IMG/VR virus record: IMGVR_UViG_3300044629_000710
From: an uncultured virus (IMG/VR IMGVR_UViG_3300044629_000710)
Lineage: Duplodnaviria > Heunggongvirae > Uroviricota > Caudoviricetes
DNA: 20,000 nt
Reading direction: 5' to 3' (one strand)
Under the pieces are notes generated by a model that was not told the DNA's origin, made no database searches, and saw only the letters and a list, made by a program, of their open reading frames with translations. A program made the translations under genes and the position numbers. Position 1 is the first letter of the stretch. Every line of letters begins with the position of its first letter. Shown here in pieces: positions 8,320 through 15,999 of this stretch.

Positions 8320-9519
8320 ATGAGCGACACCGCCGTGCTTGAAGTGCCTCAAGGCATTGATTCGGTCCCCGCCGGGATTGAAGCCCCCAAGAAGAACAAG
8401 ACCGTCACCCTGTGCATGATCGTGAAGAACGAGGCACCCGTCATTGAGCGGTGCCTGTCTTCCGTCCTTCCGGTCATTGACTACTGGGTCATTGTGGACA
8501 CAGGCTCCACGGACGGCACGCAGCAGAAGATCAAGGACTTCTTTGACCGCAACGGGATTCCGGGCGAGTTGCACCAGAGTGAATGGCGTGACTTCGGATT
8601 CAACCGTAGCGAGGCGTTGGAGTACGCACAGAAGACCGAGCACGACTACTCCCTCATGATTGATGCCGACGAGATCCTCGTCTTTGAGCCGGGCTTTGAT
8701 CCGGTCAAGTTCAAGGAGGGTCTGACCGCCGACCTCTACAATGTGTTCGCGCAGTTCGGACAGACCCGTTATCACCGCCCGCAACTCACCAGCAACAAGA
8801 AGCCGTTCTACTACCGCGGCATCCTCCATGAGTATGTGGATTGCAAGGATCCGATCGGCACCCGTGATTTCGCCCGTGGGTTCATGAACACCCCGATTCA
8901 GGACGGCAACCGGTCCAGCAACCCCCGCAAGTACGAGATTGATGCCGAGCGGTTTGAGGCTGCACTCGCCTCCGGCACCGTTGAGGAGAAGGACTTCAAC
9001 CGGTATCACTTCTACCTCGCGCAGTCCTACCGAGACTCGCAGCAGTGGGAGAAGTCGCTTGATGCCTATGTGAAGCGGGCCAACCTCGGTGGATGGAACG
9101 AGGAGGTCTTCTATTCGTGGTATCAGGCTGGTCGCATCATGGAGATCCTGAACAAGCCGTTTGACGAGATCATCCGTGTCTACTTCCAAGCCTATCAGGT
9201 CGCCCCTTGGCGTGCCGAAAGCCTCTGGGCTGCTGCCCGCCTCTGCCGGACATACTGCCGGTGGGATCAGGCATACCGCTTCGCCAAGCAGGCTCTGAAG
9301 ATCCGCTATCCGGAGGGTGCCCTCTTCGTCGGACAGGGCATCTACGACTGGGCGATCCTTGACGAGTTCTCCATCGCCGCCTACTGGACGGAGCATTACA
9401 CGGACGCACGATACTCCGCCATGCAACTGCTCAAGGACGGCAAGTATCCACCCGACCAGAAGGAACGCATTGAGGCCAACCTCAAGTTCGCAACCGAGGC
9501 GATCCTCGGGGGTGGATGA
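8320..9519 (+). CDS. Family 2 glycosyltransferase with C-terminal TPR-like helical repeats (GmaR/SunS-like architecture)
   Basis: GT-A motifs TLCMIVKNE, IVDTGSTDGT, WRDFGFNR, DxD in IDADE, and YRGILHEY. TPR-like helices RYHFYLAQSYRD...EVFYSWYQAG...AESLWAAARLCR. GGAG lies 6 nt before ATG 8320 (alternative start 8308). Confidence 0.9.
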   Translation: MSDTAVLEVPQGIDSVPAGIEAPKKNKTVTLCMIVKNEAPVIERCLSSVLPVIDYWVIVDTGSTDGTQQKIKDFFDRNGIPGELHQSEWRDFGFNRSEALEYAQKTEHDYSLMIDADEILVFEPGFDPVKFKEGLTADLYNVFAQFGQTRYHRPQLTSNKKPFYYRGILHEYVDCKDPIGTRDFARGFMNTPIQDGNRSSNPRKYEIDAERFEAALASGTVEEKDFNRYHFYLAQSYRDSQQWEKSLDAYVKRANLGGWNEEVFYSWYQAGRIMEILNKPFDEIIRVYFQAYQVAPWRAESLWAAARLCRTYCRWDQAYRFAKQALKIRYPEGALFVGQGIYDWAILDEFSIAAYWTEHYTDARYSAMQLLKDGKYPPDQKERIEANLKFATEAILGGG

Positions 9520-9525
9520 TAGCCA

Positions 9526-9532
9526 CTAAATA
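9526..9532 (+). promoter_or_regulatory. Putative late promoter (CTAAATA) upstream of the 1025-aa fibre gene, inside an inverted repeat
   Basis: Intergenic, about 33 nt before ATG 9565. Context is GCCACTA-AA-TAGTGGC (9522-9537). Confidence 0.7.
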
Positions 9533-9564
9533 GTGGCAGTCGGCTCAACCAGAGGACACCACTG

Positions 9565-12500
9565 ATGGCTTATAGTGCAATTCCAATCCCCGCAGGAGGT
9601 GCGGGAGGATCGTCGCAGACCACCCGAATCTTCAATACATGGGATCAGGCTGGCAACAGTCTTTCCGTGGGTCAGGTGGTGTTCCACAACGGGACTGTCT
9701 TTGCACCCGCACTCGCGTCCGCGTTGGGGGCAAGTGCGAACTCGGTTGGAATCGTGGAGGCCAGATCGGCCAATCAAGTCACCGTGGTCTATCAGGGTGA
9801 GATTGACTTCGGCAGTCAATCGCTTGGAATAGATGGTGGGGCGGTTAGCCTCACGGCGGGAACCGTGTATTACATCTCGGATGTGACACCCGGAAATCTC
9901 AAGGCTACCGCCCCATCATCGCCCAACAGCATCATCGCCCCCCTTCTAGTCGGGACGGCGGCGAAGAAGGGAATTGTCATCAACTCGCTGGGGCACCAGA
10001 AGTACAGTGCCTCCATCATGACCCCTGTCGGCACCATCGTGCCATGGGCAGGCAGCAGGAGCACTCTTCCGGAGACATGGACACTCTGTGACGGTCGGGC
10101 ATTGAACAAGAGCAGCACGGAATACTCCGAGTTGTACGGCATCATCGGGGACAAGTATCAGGTCACCTCAATCAGCAGCGTGACAGCCGGTGGTTCCAAC
10201 TTTGATACGGTGACCTTGTCCTTCACAGGCGGGTACGATAACCATGAGGATGGGGTTGAGTTTGACATCCACAATCTGAACGCACTCTACCTTGCAGGGG
10301 GAGCGGACAAGGATTTCGTGGTCGGATGGGGAGGCACCAACGATTACGCCGTGGCCACCCTGAACGGAGCCAGCACAACAAATCGCACCGTATCATTTGT
10401 CTGGAAAGCAGCCTATCCCGGAACCAGTCCATCCGGCACGAAGTTGCAGTCCATCCAGTTGAACTCTCCGGTGACACTTCGCTCGCTTGCGGATGGCGAG
10501 GTGGCGACATGTGCGACAGACTACTTCTTCATTCCTGACTTGCGGGCACGCACGGTCATGGGTGCAGGCAAGACGGTCGGACTGACGGAACTCTATCGCG
10601 GCAGCATCGGCGGCAACCAGACCCACCTGCTCACGACGGATGAGATTCCCGACCACAGCAACTTCGTGCTGACCGCGACCGGACCCGGCAGTTCCGGTCT
10701 TGCGGCATTGAATGTGACTGCGTTCGCCAACGCGAACAATCCGCAGTCGTACGCCGCATCGTTTACCGCGGATAACGATGCGATCTCGCTGCTCAATCCT
10801 CATGTTGTCACCAACTGGATCATCCGTCACAAGCGGTTCGGCGGTGCGGGTTATGAGGTGGGACCACAAGGACCAGCCGGACCCGCTGGACCGACTGGAC
10901 CCACCGGTGCTGACTGCAACTGTCCCGGACCGGGTGAGGGTGGGGTAGCCAGTGTCATCTATGTCTCAAAGGATGGCGGTTATGGAGACGGGGACATCGG
11001 ACCCTTCGGCTTCTCCGACGATCCGGAGAACCCGACCCAGTGGGACTATGTGACTTCGGTCATGACAACGACTTCTGTGCTGACCAACACGATTGATCCG
11101 CCGGATGTAATAGTCGGCGATCCGTCTGGTGTGGATAAAGAAAATGAAAGCCCGTATGTAAGCAGACCCGGAGCATCTCCGCCTCCGAACAACAACCAGA
11201 CGATCATTAGGTCGGGAGATGGTGGCATTGATACGAGAAATCCGTGCGATCCCAATGGCTTGGTCCGTGCCGCATCTGTCGCAGGACCGCAGGCATGGAT
11301 CTACAGCGAAGGTGTCTATGACATCTCAAAGCCATTCTACAATGGAGCGGTCGGACGGGACACCTACATCGGAGCCAAGATGGGTTCGGTCGTGAATCGG
11401 AAGATCACCTCGGTTTCCATCACGCCGTATTTCGATGGAGGAGAGACGAGCGTCAATCAGTTCTACATGACACTTGATACCACCGGACAATCCGGAGGCA
11501 CGGGTGGCATCTCCGTAGGAACCGCCATTCTGGTGAGAGGTCTTTCGGGTGGAATGACCGGAGGAAACGAGGGAGGAACGGGTGGAACCGCTGCCTTCTT
11601 TGATCGGCTCATCGGTCCGTATACGGTCAGCGGTTTCGTAGACGGCACGAAAGTACAGGTTCTCGTCTACAACGAGTCCGTAACAAACTCTTGGTTCGCA
11701 CCTTACTTCAACACCACGACCAACTCCTACATCACGGACATGGACATCTACAAGGTGACATTCCGGTCATCATCCGAGGAGGGGGCTTTCTTCACCGAGC
11801 CGGGAACCCGCACATTCATCGGACGGTATGACTTGCCCGGTGGATTGTCCATGGACGGGGTGGCTTTCGTGAATACCTCCAATGCCCAGTCCATGCTCGG
11901 GGATCCCTCCATGCTGCCGTTCATTCCACGGAATGAGTACAGCAATGCGATTGGCATCCAGACCAAGGGCGGTCATGTGGAGACATCAAAGGTCTCTCTG
12001 GTCAAGTATCCCGCAGCCATCCATGCGACCGATGATGCAAGGGTCAAGTTGAATGACACCCACATCTCGCATTGCTACTTCGGTGCGTCGGTTGAGGATG
12101 ACTCGTCCCTCACCCTGCGGGGATCAAGCGTCTCCCGTTCGTCCATTCCGATCGTGGCAAAGGATGGGTCTACCGTGAAGATCACGGATGACCATGTCCG
12201 AATGTCCCGAATCATGTCAAACAGGGCACCTATCGTTGTCAAGGGTGGATCGGTCCTTGAGATGGGGCAGACAGTCGTTCGTGGACCGGGTGTCTACGCC
12301 AAGCAGTCAACGGTCAACATCAATCGGTTCACCGACATCTACAACGACCTGACCGCAGGTGCTCCTGCTACCGGATCAACGCAAGGTGTTCCCGAAAACC
12401 GGTTTGCCATCATGGGCGTTGACTCCCTGATCAGCGTCCCGAACATTGATGTGGCAACAACCGGACACAATCCAGTGAAGGGCGGGGCGGTTGACAGCAA

Positions 12501-12642
12501 GATCAAGATAAGCGGGGTTGCCCAGTTCTTTGACAGCAAGGTGCGTGGCAGCGTCAGCAAGACAAATGCCACCATCAGCGTGTCTGAGGCAAGCAAGGTT
12601 CTCTCGGTCAAGGAAAACCAGATCCCCAAAACCGAGGCGTGA
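9565..12642 (+). CDS. Tail fibre/spike-like protein: tail-collar domain, short collagen-like segment, probable C-terminal parallel beta-helix (1025 aa)
   Basis: SD AGAGGA. Collar motif TPVGTIVPWAG...PETWTLCDG...YSELYGIIG...PDLRAR...NWIIRH, then GPQGPAGPAGPTGPTG. C-terminal repeats of about 22 aa (AIHATDDARVKLNDTHISHC / GASVEDDSSLTLRGSSVSRS / PIVAKDGSTVKI) resemble beta-helix coils. Confidence 0.8.
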   Translation: MAYSAIPIPAGGAGGSSQTTRIFNTWDQAGNSLSVGQVVFHNGTVFAPALASALGASANSVGIVEARSANQVTVVYQGEIDFGSQSLGIDGGAVSLTAGTVYYISDVTPGNLKATAPSSPNSIIAPLLVGTAAKKGIVINSLGHQKYSASIMTPVGTIVPWAGSRSTLPETWTLCDGRALNKSSTEYSELYGIIGDKYQVTSISSVTAGGSNFDTVTLSFTGGYDNHEDGVEFDIHNLNALYLAGGADKDFVVGWGGTNDYAVATLNGASTTNRTVSFVWKAAYPGTSPSGTKLQSIQLNSPVTLRSLADGEVATCATDYFFIPDLRARTVMGAGKTVGLTELYRGSIGGNQTHLLTTDEIPDHSNFVLTATGPGSSGLAALNVTAFANANNPQSYAASFTADNDAISLLNPHVVTNWIIRHKRFGGAGYEVGPQGPAGPAGPTGPTGADCNCPGPGEGGVASVIYVSKDGGYGDGDIGPFGFSDDPENPTQWDYVTSVMTTTSVLTNTIDPPDVIVGDPSGVDKENESPYVSRPGASPPPNNNQTIIRSGDGGIDTRNPCDPNGLVRAASVAGPQAWIYSEGVYDISKPFYNGAVGRDTYIGAKMGSVVNRKITSVSITPYFDGGETSVNQFYMTLDTTGQSGGTGGISVGTAILVRGLSGGMTGGNEGGTGGTAAFFDRLIGPYTVSGFVDGTKVQVLVYNESVTNSWFAPYFNTTTNSYITDMDIYKVTFRSSSEEGAFFTEPGTRTFIGRYDLPGGLSMDGVAFVNTSNAQSMLGDPSMLPFIPRNEYSNAIGIQTKGGHVETSKVSLVKYPAAIHATDDARVKLNDTHISHCYFGASVEDDSSLTLRGSSVSRSSIPIVAKDGSTVKITDDHVRMSRIMSNRAPIVVKGGSVLEMGQTVVRGPGVYAKQSTVNINRFTDIYNDLTAGAPATGSTQGVPENRFAIMGVDSLISVPNIDVATTGHNPVKGGAVDSKIKISGVAQFFDSKVRGSVSKTNATISVSEASKVLSVKENQIPKTEA
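10861..10914 (+). repeat. Collagen-like (Gly-X-Y)6 tandem repeat
   Basis: Encodes GPQ GPA GPA GPT GPT GAD, with 9-nt periodicity GGACCN-NNN. Confidence 0.85.
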
Positions 12643-12657
12643 CAGGAGCGATAGACC

Positions 12658-13065
12658 ATGTTCATCCATGCAGGTGACACCATCACGATTGACGGCTTCA
12701 AGATTCCGCTTGACCTCTTCTTGCGGCTTGAGCCGACCTACACATATCCGAGCAATCTCAAGATCCTCAGATATGACGGCGTTTGCAGGCAATACAAGGC
12801 AGGCGACCGCAACTGGACGATCGAGGGCAAGTGGGAGCAGGGTGACCGCTATGTCTCGCGGCTGAAGGACTTCAAGCAACTCCTCGCACAGGAAAGAGCC
12901 GAGCAGCAGGCACTTGAGGCGGAGGTTGCAAAGGCTAAATACCCGCTGGAGGAACCAGTAAATGTCCAGTTGCAGCAGCGGGATGATCTCAACGCGGGCG
13001 GAACTGAAGGAGTACGCCCTAAGAGCAAACGGGCACCCCGTCGTAGAAGTGAACATAACGGATGA
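12658..13065 (+). CDS. Hypothetical protein (possible fibre assembly chaperone, by position only)
   Basis: SD CAGGAG 9 nt upstream and codon usage like neighbouring genes. Lies directly after a fibre gene. The last 104 nt overlap gp13 in another frame. Confidence 0.7.
   Translation: MFIHAGDTITIDGFKIPLDLFLRLEPTYTYPSNLKILRYDGVCRQYKAGDRNWTIEGKWEQGDRYVSRLKDFKQLLAQERAEQQALEAEVAKAKYPLEEPVNVQLQQRDDLNAGGTEGVRPKSKRAPRRRSEHNG
12935..12942 (+). promoter_or_regulatory. Putative late promoter (CTAAATAC) for the gp13-gp17 operon
   Basis: About 20 nt before ATG 12962 and followed by SD GGAGGA (12948-12953). Confidence 0.65.
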
Positions 13066-13816
13066 GCAACTGGAGGACCGCATCAACGATGCCTTCCAGT
13101 TCTTCTCCGAGTATCACTTTGACGGTGTGGAGAAGGTCTACCTGAAGTACAAGTTGTCGCAGACGGATATTAACAACGGCTACATCTCGTTCACGGCCAA
13201 CAACCGACAAAACCAGACCGCAGACGGTTCGGGCTTTGAGAACGCAGAGGCCATCCAGCCATCCGTTGATCCCGACTGCCCCGAGAATGTCTTGCTGGAA
13301 AACCTCATCGTCAGCGTGACCCGCATCTTCCCGTTCACGCAGCAGACGGTGGGCATGTTTGATGTGCGATACCAGTACGCACTCAACGACCTGTACACCT
13401 TCGGCACGATTGACCTCGTCCAGTACGACATGACCCAGCAGTACCTCTCGCTCCTGCGGCAGTTCCTGTCGCCGGACAAGAGCATCCGGTTCAACAGGGT
13501 CGCCAACAAGTTGTACATTGACTCCGACAAACGGCAGTTGAACGCGGGCATGTACATCATCATTGAGGCATACCGCATCCTTGACCCGAGAGTGTATCCC
13601 GAGGTCTACAACGACCGTCTGCTGAAGAAGTACTGCGTGGCACTCGTCCGCTGGCAGTGGGGCGTGAACCTGTCAAAGTACTCCGGCATCAAGTTGCCGG
13701 GTGACATCACGCTGGACGGCATGAGCATGATGAAGGACTCATGGACGCAGAAGGAAGAGATAGAGAAGGAAATCATTCTGAAGGGCGAGTTGCCCGTTGA
13801 CTTCATGATGGGATGA
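12962..13816 (+). CDS. gp13: Neck protein (T4 gp13-like)
   Basis: Motifs TRAELKEYALRANGHPVVEVNITDEQLEDRINDA, EYHFDG, VYNDRLLKKY..AL...QWG.NLSKY.G.KLPG..TLDG, terminal ELPVDFMMG; synteny. Confidence 0.95.
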   Translation: MSSCSSGMISTRAELKEYALRANGHPVVEVNITDEQLEDRINDAFQFFSEYHFDGVEKVYLKYKLSQTDINNGYISFTANNRQNQTADGSGFENAEAIQPSVDPDCPENVLLENLIVSVTRIFPFTQQTVGMFDVRYQYALNDLYTFGTIDLVQYDMTQQYLSLLRQFLSPDKSIRFNRVANKLYIDSDKRQLNAGMYIIIEAYRILDPRVYPEVYNDRLLKKYCVALVRWQWGVNLSKYSGIKLPGDITLDGMSMMKDSWTQKEEIEKEIILKGELPVDFMMG

Positions 13817-13819
13817 CGC

Positions 13820-14713
13820 ATGGCACTCAACCCGTACATACGCACCAACACCCAGACATACCAGCCCGAACGGAATCTCATAGATGACCTCACCATTGAG
13901 GCCATCAAGATCTACGGGCAGGAGATGTACTACATCCCGCGTAATCTGGTGAAGAGGGACGATCTGTTCGGGGAGTCACGCTATTCGCGGTTCACCTCAT
14001 TCAAGATGATTGAGATGTACATGGACACGACCACCGCGTTTGAGGGTGGTGACACATTTACCAAGTTCGGCTTTGAGATCCGTGACAGCGTCAAGTTCAC
14101 GGTCTCACGCCGACGATTCAAAAGAGAGACCGGATCGGACAGGCCACTGGAAGGTGACCTCCTGTTCCTGCCCCTCAGCAAGGGTCTGTTTGAGATCAAG
14201 TTCGTAGAGCACGAGAATCCCTTCTACCAGTTGGGCAAACTCTACTCCTACCAACTTACCTGTGAACTCTTCCAGTTTTCGGAGGAGGACTTCGCTACCG
14301 GTGTTCCGGAAATTGATGCGATCAATGACGAGACAGGGTACAAGATCAATCTAGACTTGGGGGTGCTGTATGGAGGAGGATCTTTCGCAAAAGGCGACAG
14401 CGTATATCAATACGAAAATGGCTCGGCTACAGGCTCAGTTACAGGATCGTCTGCGAGGGCGGTGGTCTACTCGTATGACTCCGGAAGCACTCCGAAAGTC
14501 ATATCTCTTACCGATGCTGTTGGTACTTGGGTTACGGAGACGGCCAAGGGAGCAACCGCCTACATAGCCAAGAACGACCACTCCATCTATGCGAGCATCT
14601 CGGGTCGCGAGGACAGCATGGGCATCCTTGACGAAGCCAAGAACGACATCATAGAGACGGAGGCGGATGAGATCATCAACTTTGACGAGAGCAATCCGTT
14701 CGGAGACCCCTGA
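13820..14713 (+). CDS. gp14: Neck / head completion protein (T4 gp14-like)
   Basis: MALNPY, E.IKIYG.E.YYIPR, KFGFEIRD, RPLEGDLLF.P, FEIKFVEHENPFYQLGK, terminal FDESNPFG. Confidence 0.95.
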   Translation: MALNPYIRTNTQTYQPERNLIDDLTIEAIKIYGQEMYYIPRNLVKRDDLFGESRYSRFTSFKMIEMYMDTTTAFEGGDTFTKFGFEIRDSVKFTVSRRRFKRETGSDRPLEGDLLFLPLSKGLFEIKFVEHENPFYQLGKLYSYQLTCELFQFSEEDFATGVPEIDAINDETGYKINLDLGVLYGGGSFAKGDSVYQYENGSATGSVTGSSARAVVYSYDSGSTPKVISLTDAVGTWVTETAKGATAYIAKNDHSIYASISGREDSMGILDEAKNDIIETEADEIINFDESNPFGDP

Positions 14714-15525
14714 TGCTTGAGCATTTCTACCACGGCACGATACGCAAGGTGGTCATCGCTTTCGCCTCGCTGTTCAACGGCATCTACATCTCCCGCAAGG
14801 ATGGCAACGGCACGGAGATAGAGCGTATCAAGGTGCCGATCGCGTACGGACCTCAGCAGAAGTTCCTCCGTCGCCTTGACCGCATCGGCACCGACTTTGA
14901 CCAGCAGGCTGTCCGTATTGAGACCTATCTGCCTCGCATCTCGTTTGAGATCGGCACGGTCCAGTATGACTCCACCCGCAAGTTGAACAGCATCCAGCAG
15001 ACGGTGGGTTATGTGAGTCGCGATAAGATGAAGGCTCGCTATGAGAGGGTTCCGTATAATCTCACCATGAATCTCGGTGTCATGGCGAAAGGCATGGAGG
15101 ACTGCCTCCAGATCACGGAGCAGATCATCCCCTACTTCACGCCGGAGTATGTGGTGACCATCAAGGCGATTGAAGGACTGGACATGGATGTGGACATCCC
15201 GATCGTCCTCTCGTCTGTCGCTTTCTCTGACGGCGATGACGGCTCTTACGGCGACTATGCGACCCGCAAGATCAACTTCGCCGCCCTCTCGTTCAACGCG
15301 AAGATATACCTCTACGGACCCGTCAAGGAGTCCACCGTCATCACGCACACCGACATCAACATCTTTGACGGCAAGGATTTTGGCAAGGACACCAGCACCA
15401 TCAGGAAGTACGCCGACATCGGCATCACGGCGGCGGCAGGGATCACATCCGGTTCCTTTGACCCCTCGCTCACGGGACAGGTTGTCATGACCATCCGCGA
15501 GTACCCGCCTACACCATGGACATGA
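14713..15525 (+). CDS. gp15: Tail terminator / sheath stabiliser (T4 gp15-like)
   Basis: HFYHGTIRKVVIAFASLFN, KVPIAYGPQQKFL, LPRISFE, VPYNL, QITEQIIPYFTP, YLYGPV. TGATG overlap with gp14. Confidence 0.95.
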   Translation: MLEHFYHGTIRKVVIAFASLFNGIYISRKDGNGTEIERIKVPIAYGPQQKFLRRLDRIGTDFDQQAVRIETYLPRISFEIGTVQYDSTRKLNSIQQTVGYVSRDKMKARYERVPYNLTMNLGVMAKGMEDCLQITEQIIPYFTPEYVVTIKAIEGLDMDVDIPIVLSSVAFSDGDDGSYGDYATRKINFAALSFNAKIYLYGPVKESTVITHTDINIFDGKDFGKDTSTIRKYADIGITAAAGITSGSFDPSLTGQVVMTIREYPPTPWT

Positions 15526-15537
15526 CAGGAGTGAACG

Positions 15538-15999
15538 ATGGGCAACATTGATGAGAACATCGCGAACAGCCTCGGCATTGAGCCGACGAAGGAGATCGTC
15601 CGCCCGCCCGTGAGCGTGCCCGCGGTCGTGCGTGAGTATGAAAAGAGCGACTCCGACAAGGACTATGCCGAAGTCCGCACAAACCTGAAGTGCATCATTG
15701 AGAAGTCGCAAGAGGCGATTGAGGGCATCATTGAGTTGGCGCAGGACAGCCAGCAGCCCCGTGCCTATGAGGTGGTCGCCCAACTCATCCAGTCCTCGCT
15801 GGAGGCTAACACCAAGTTGATGGACCTGCATCGCCGCATGAAGGACATCAATCGCGAGGACCAGAAGGCGGCGAAGATCACCAACAACTCCATCTATGTC
15901 GGCAGCACCGCCGAGTTGCAGAAGTTGATCCGCGACCAGAAGAAGGCTATCGCCTCCGGTGAAGTAATTGACATGGAAGGCGAGGAGAAGGATGGCTGA
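15538..15999 (+). CDS. gp16: Terminase small subunit
   Basis: DKDYAEVRTNL, PRAYEVVAQLI, TNNSIYVGSTAELQKLI; SD CAGGAG; position before the large terminase. Confidence 0.93.
   Translation: MGNIDENIANSLGIEPTKEIVRPPVSVPAVVREYEKSDSDKDYAEVRTNLKCIIEKSQEAIEGIIELAQDSQQPRAYEVVAQLIQSSLEANTKLMDLHRRMKDINREDQKAAKITNNSIYVGSTAELQKLIRDQKKAIASGEVIDMEGEEKDG

Noticed and set aside
8221..9426. 401-aa minus-strand ORF
   Set aside because: Antisense shadow of the glycosyltransferase. GC3-rich codon usage rarely uses TTA/CTA/TCA, so the mirror frame stays open. No recognisable motifs.
2356..12642. Diversity-generating retroelement or invertible fibre cassette
   Set aside because: No near-identical repeat pair differing at adenines, no reverse transcriptase or recombinase, and no inverted fibre-tip copies seen in this window.
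14587..15831. 414-aa minus-strand ORF
   Set aside because: Antisense to the well-conserved gp15/gp16 genes; same codon-bias artefact.
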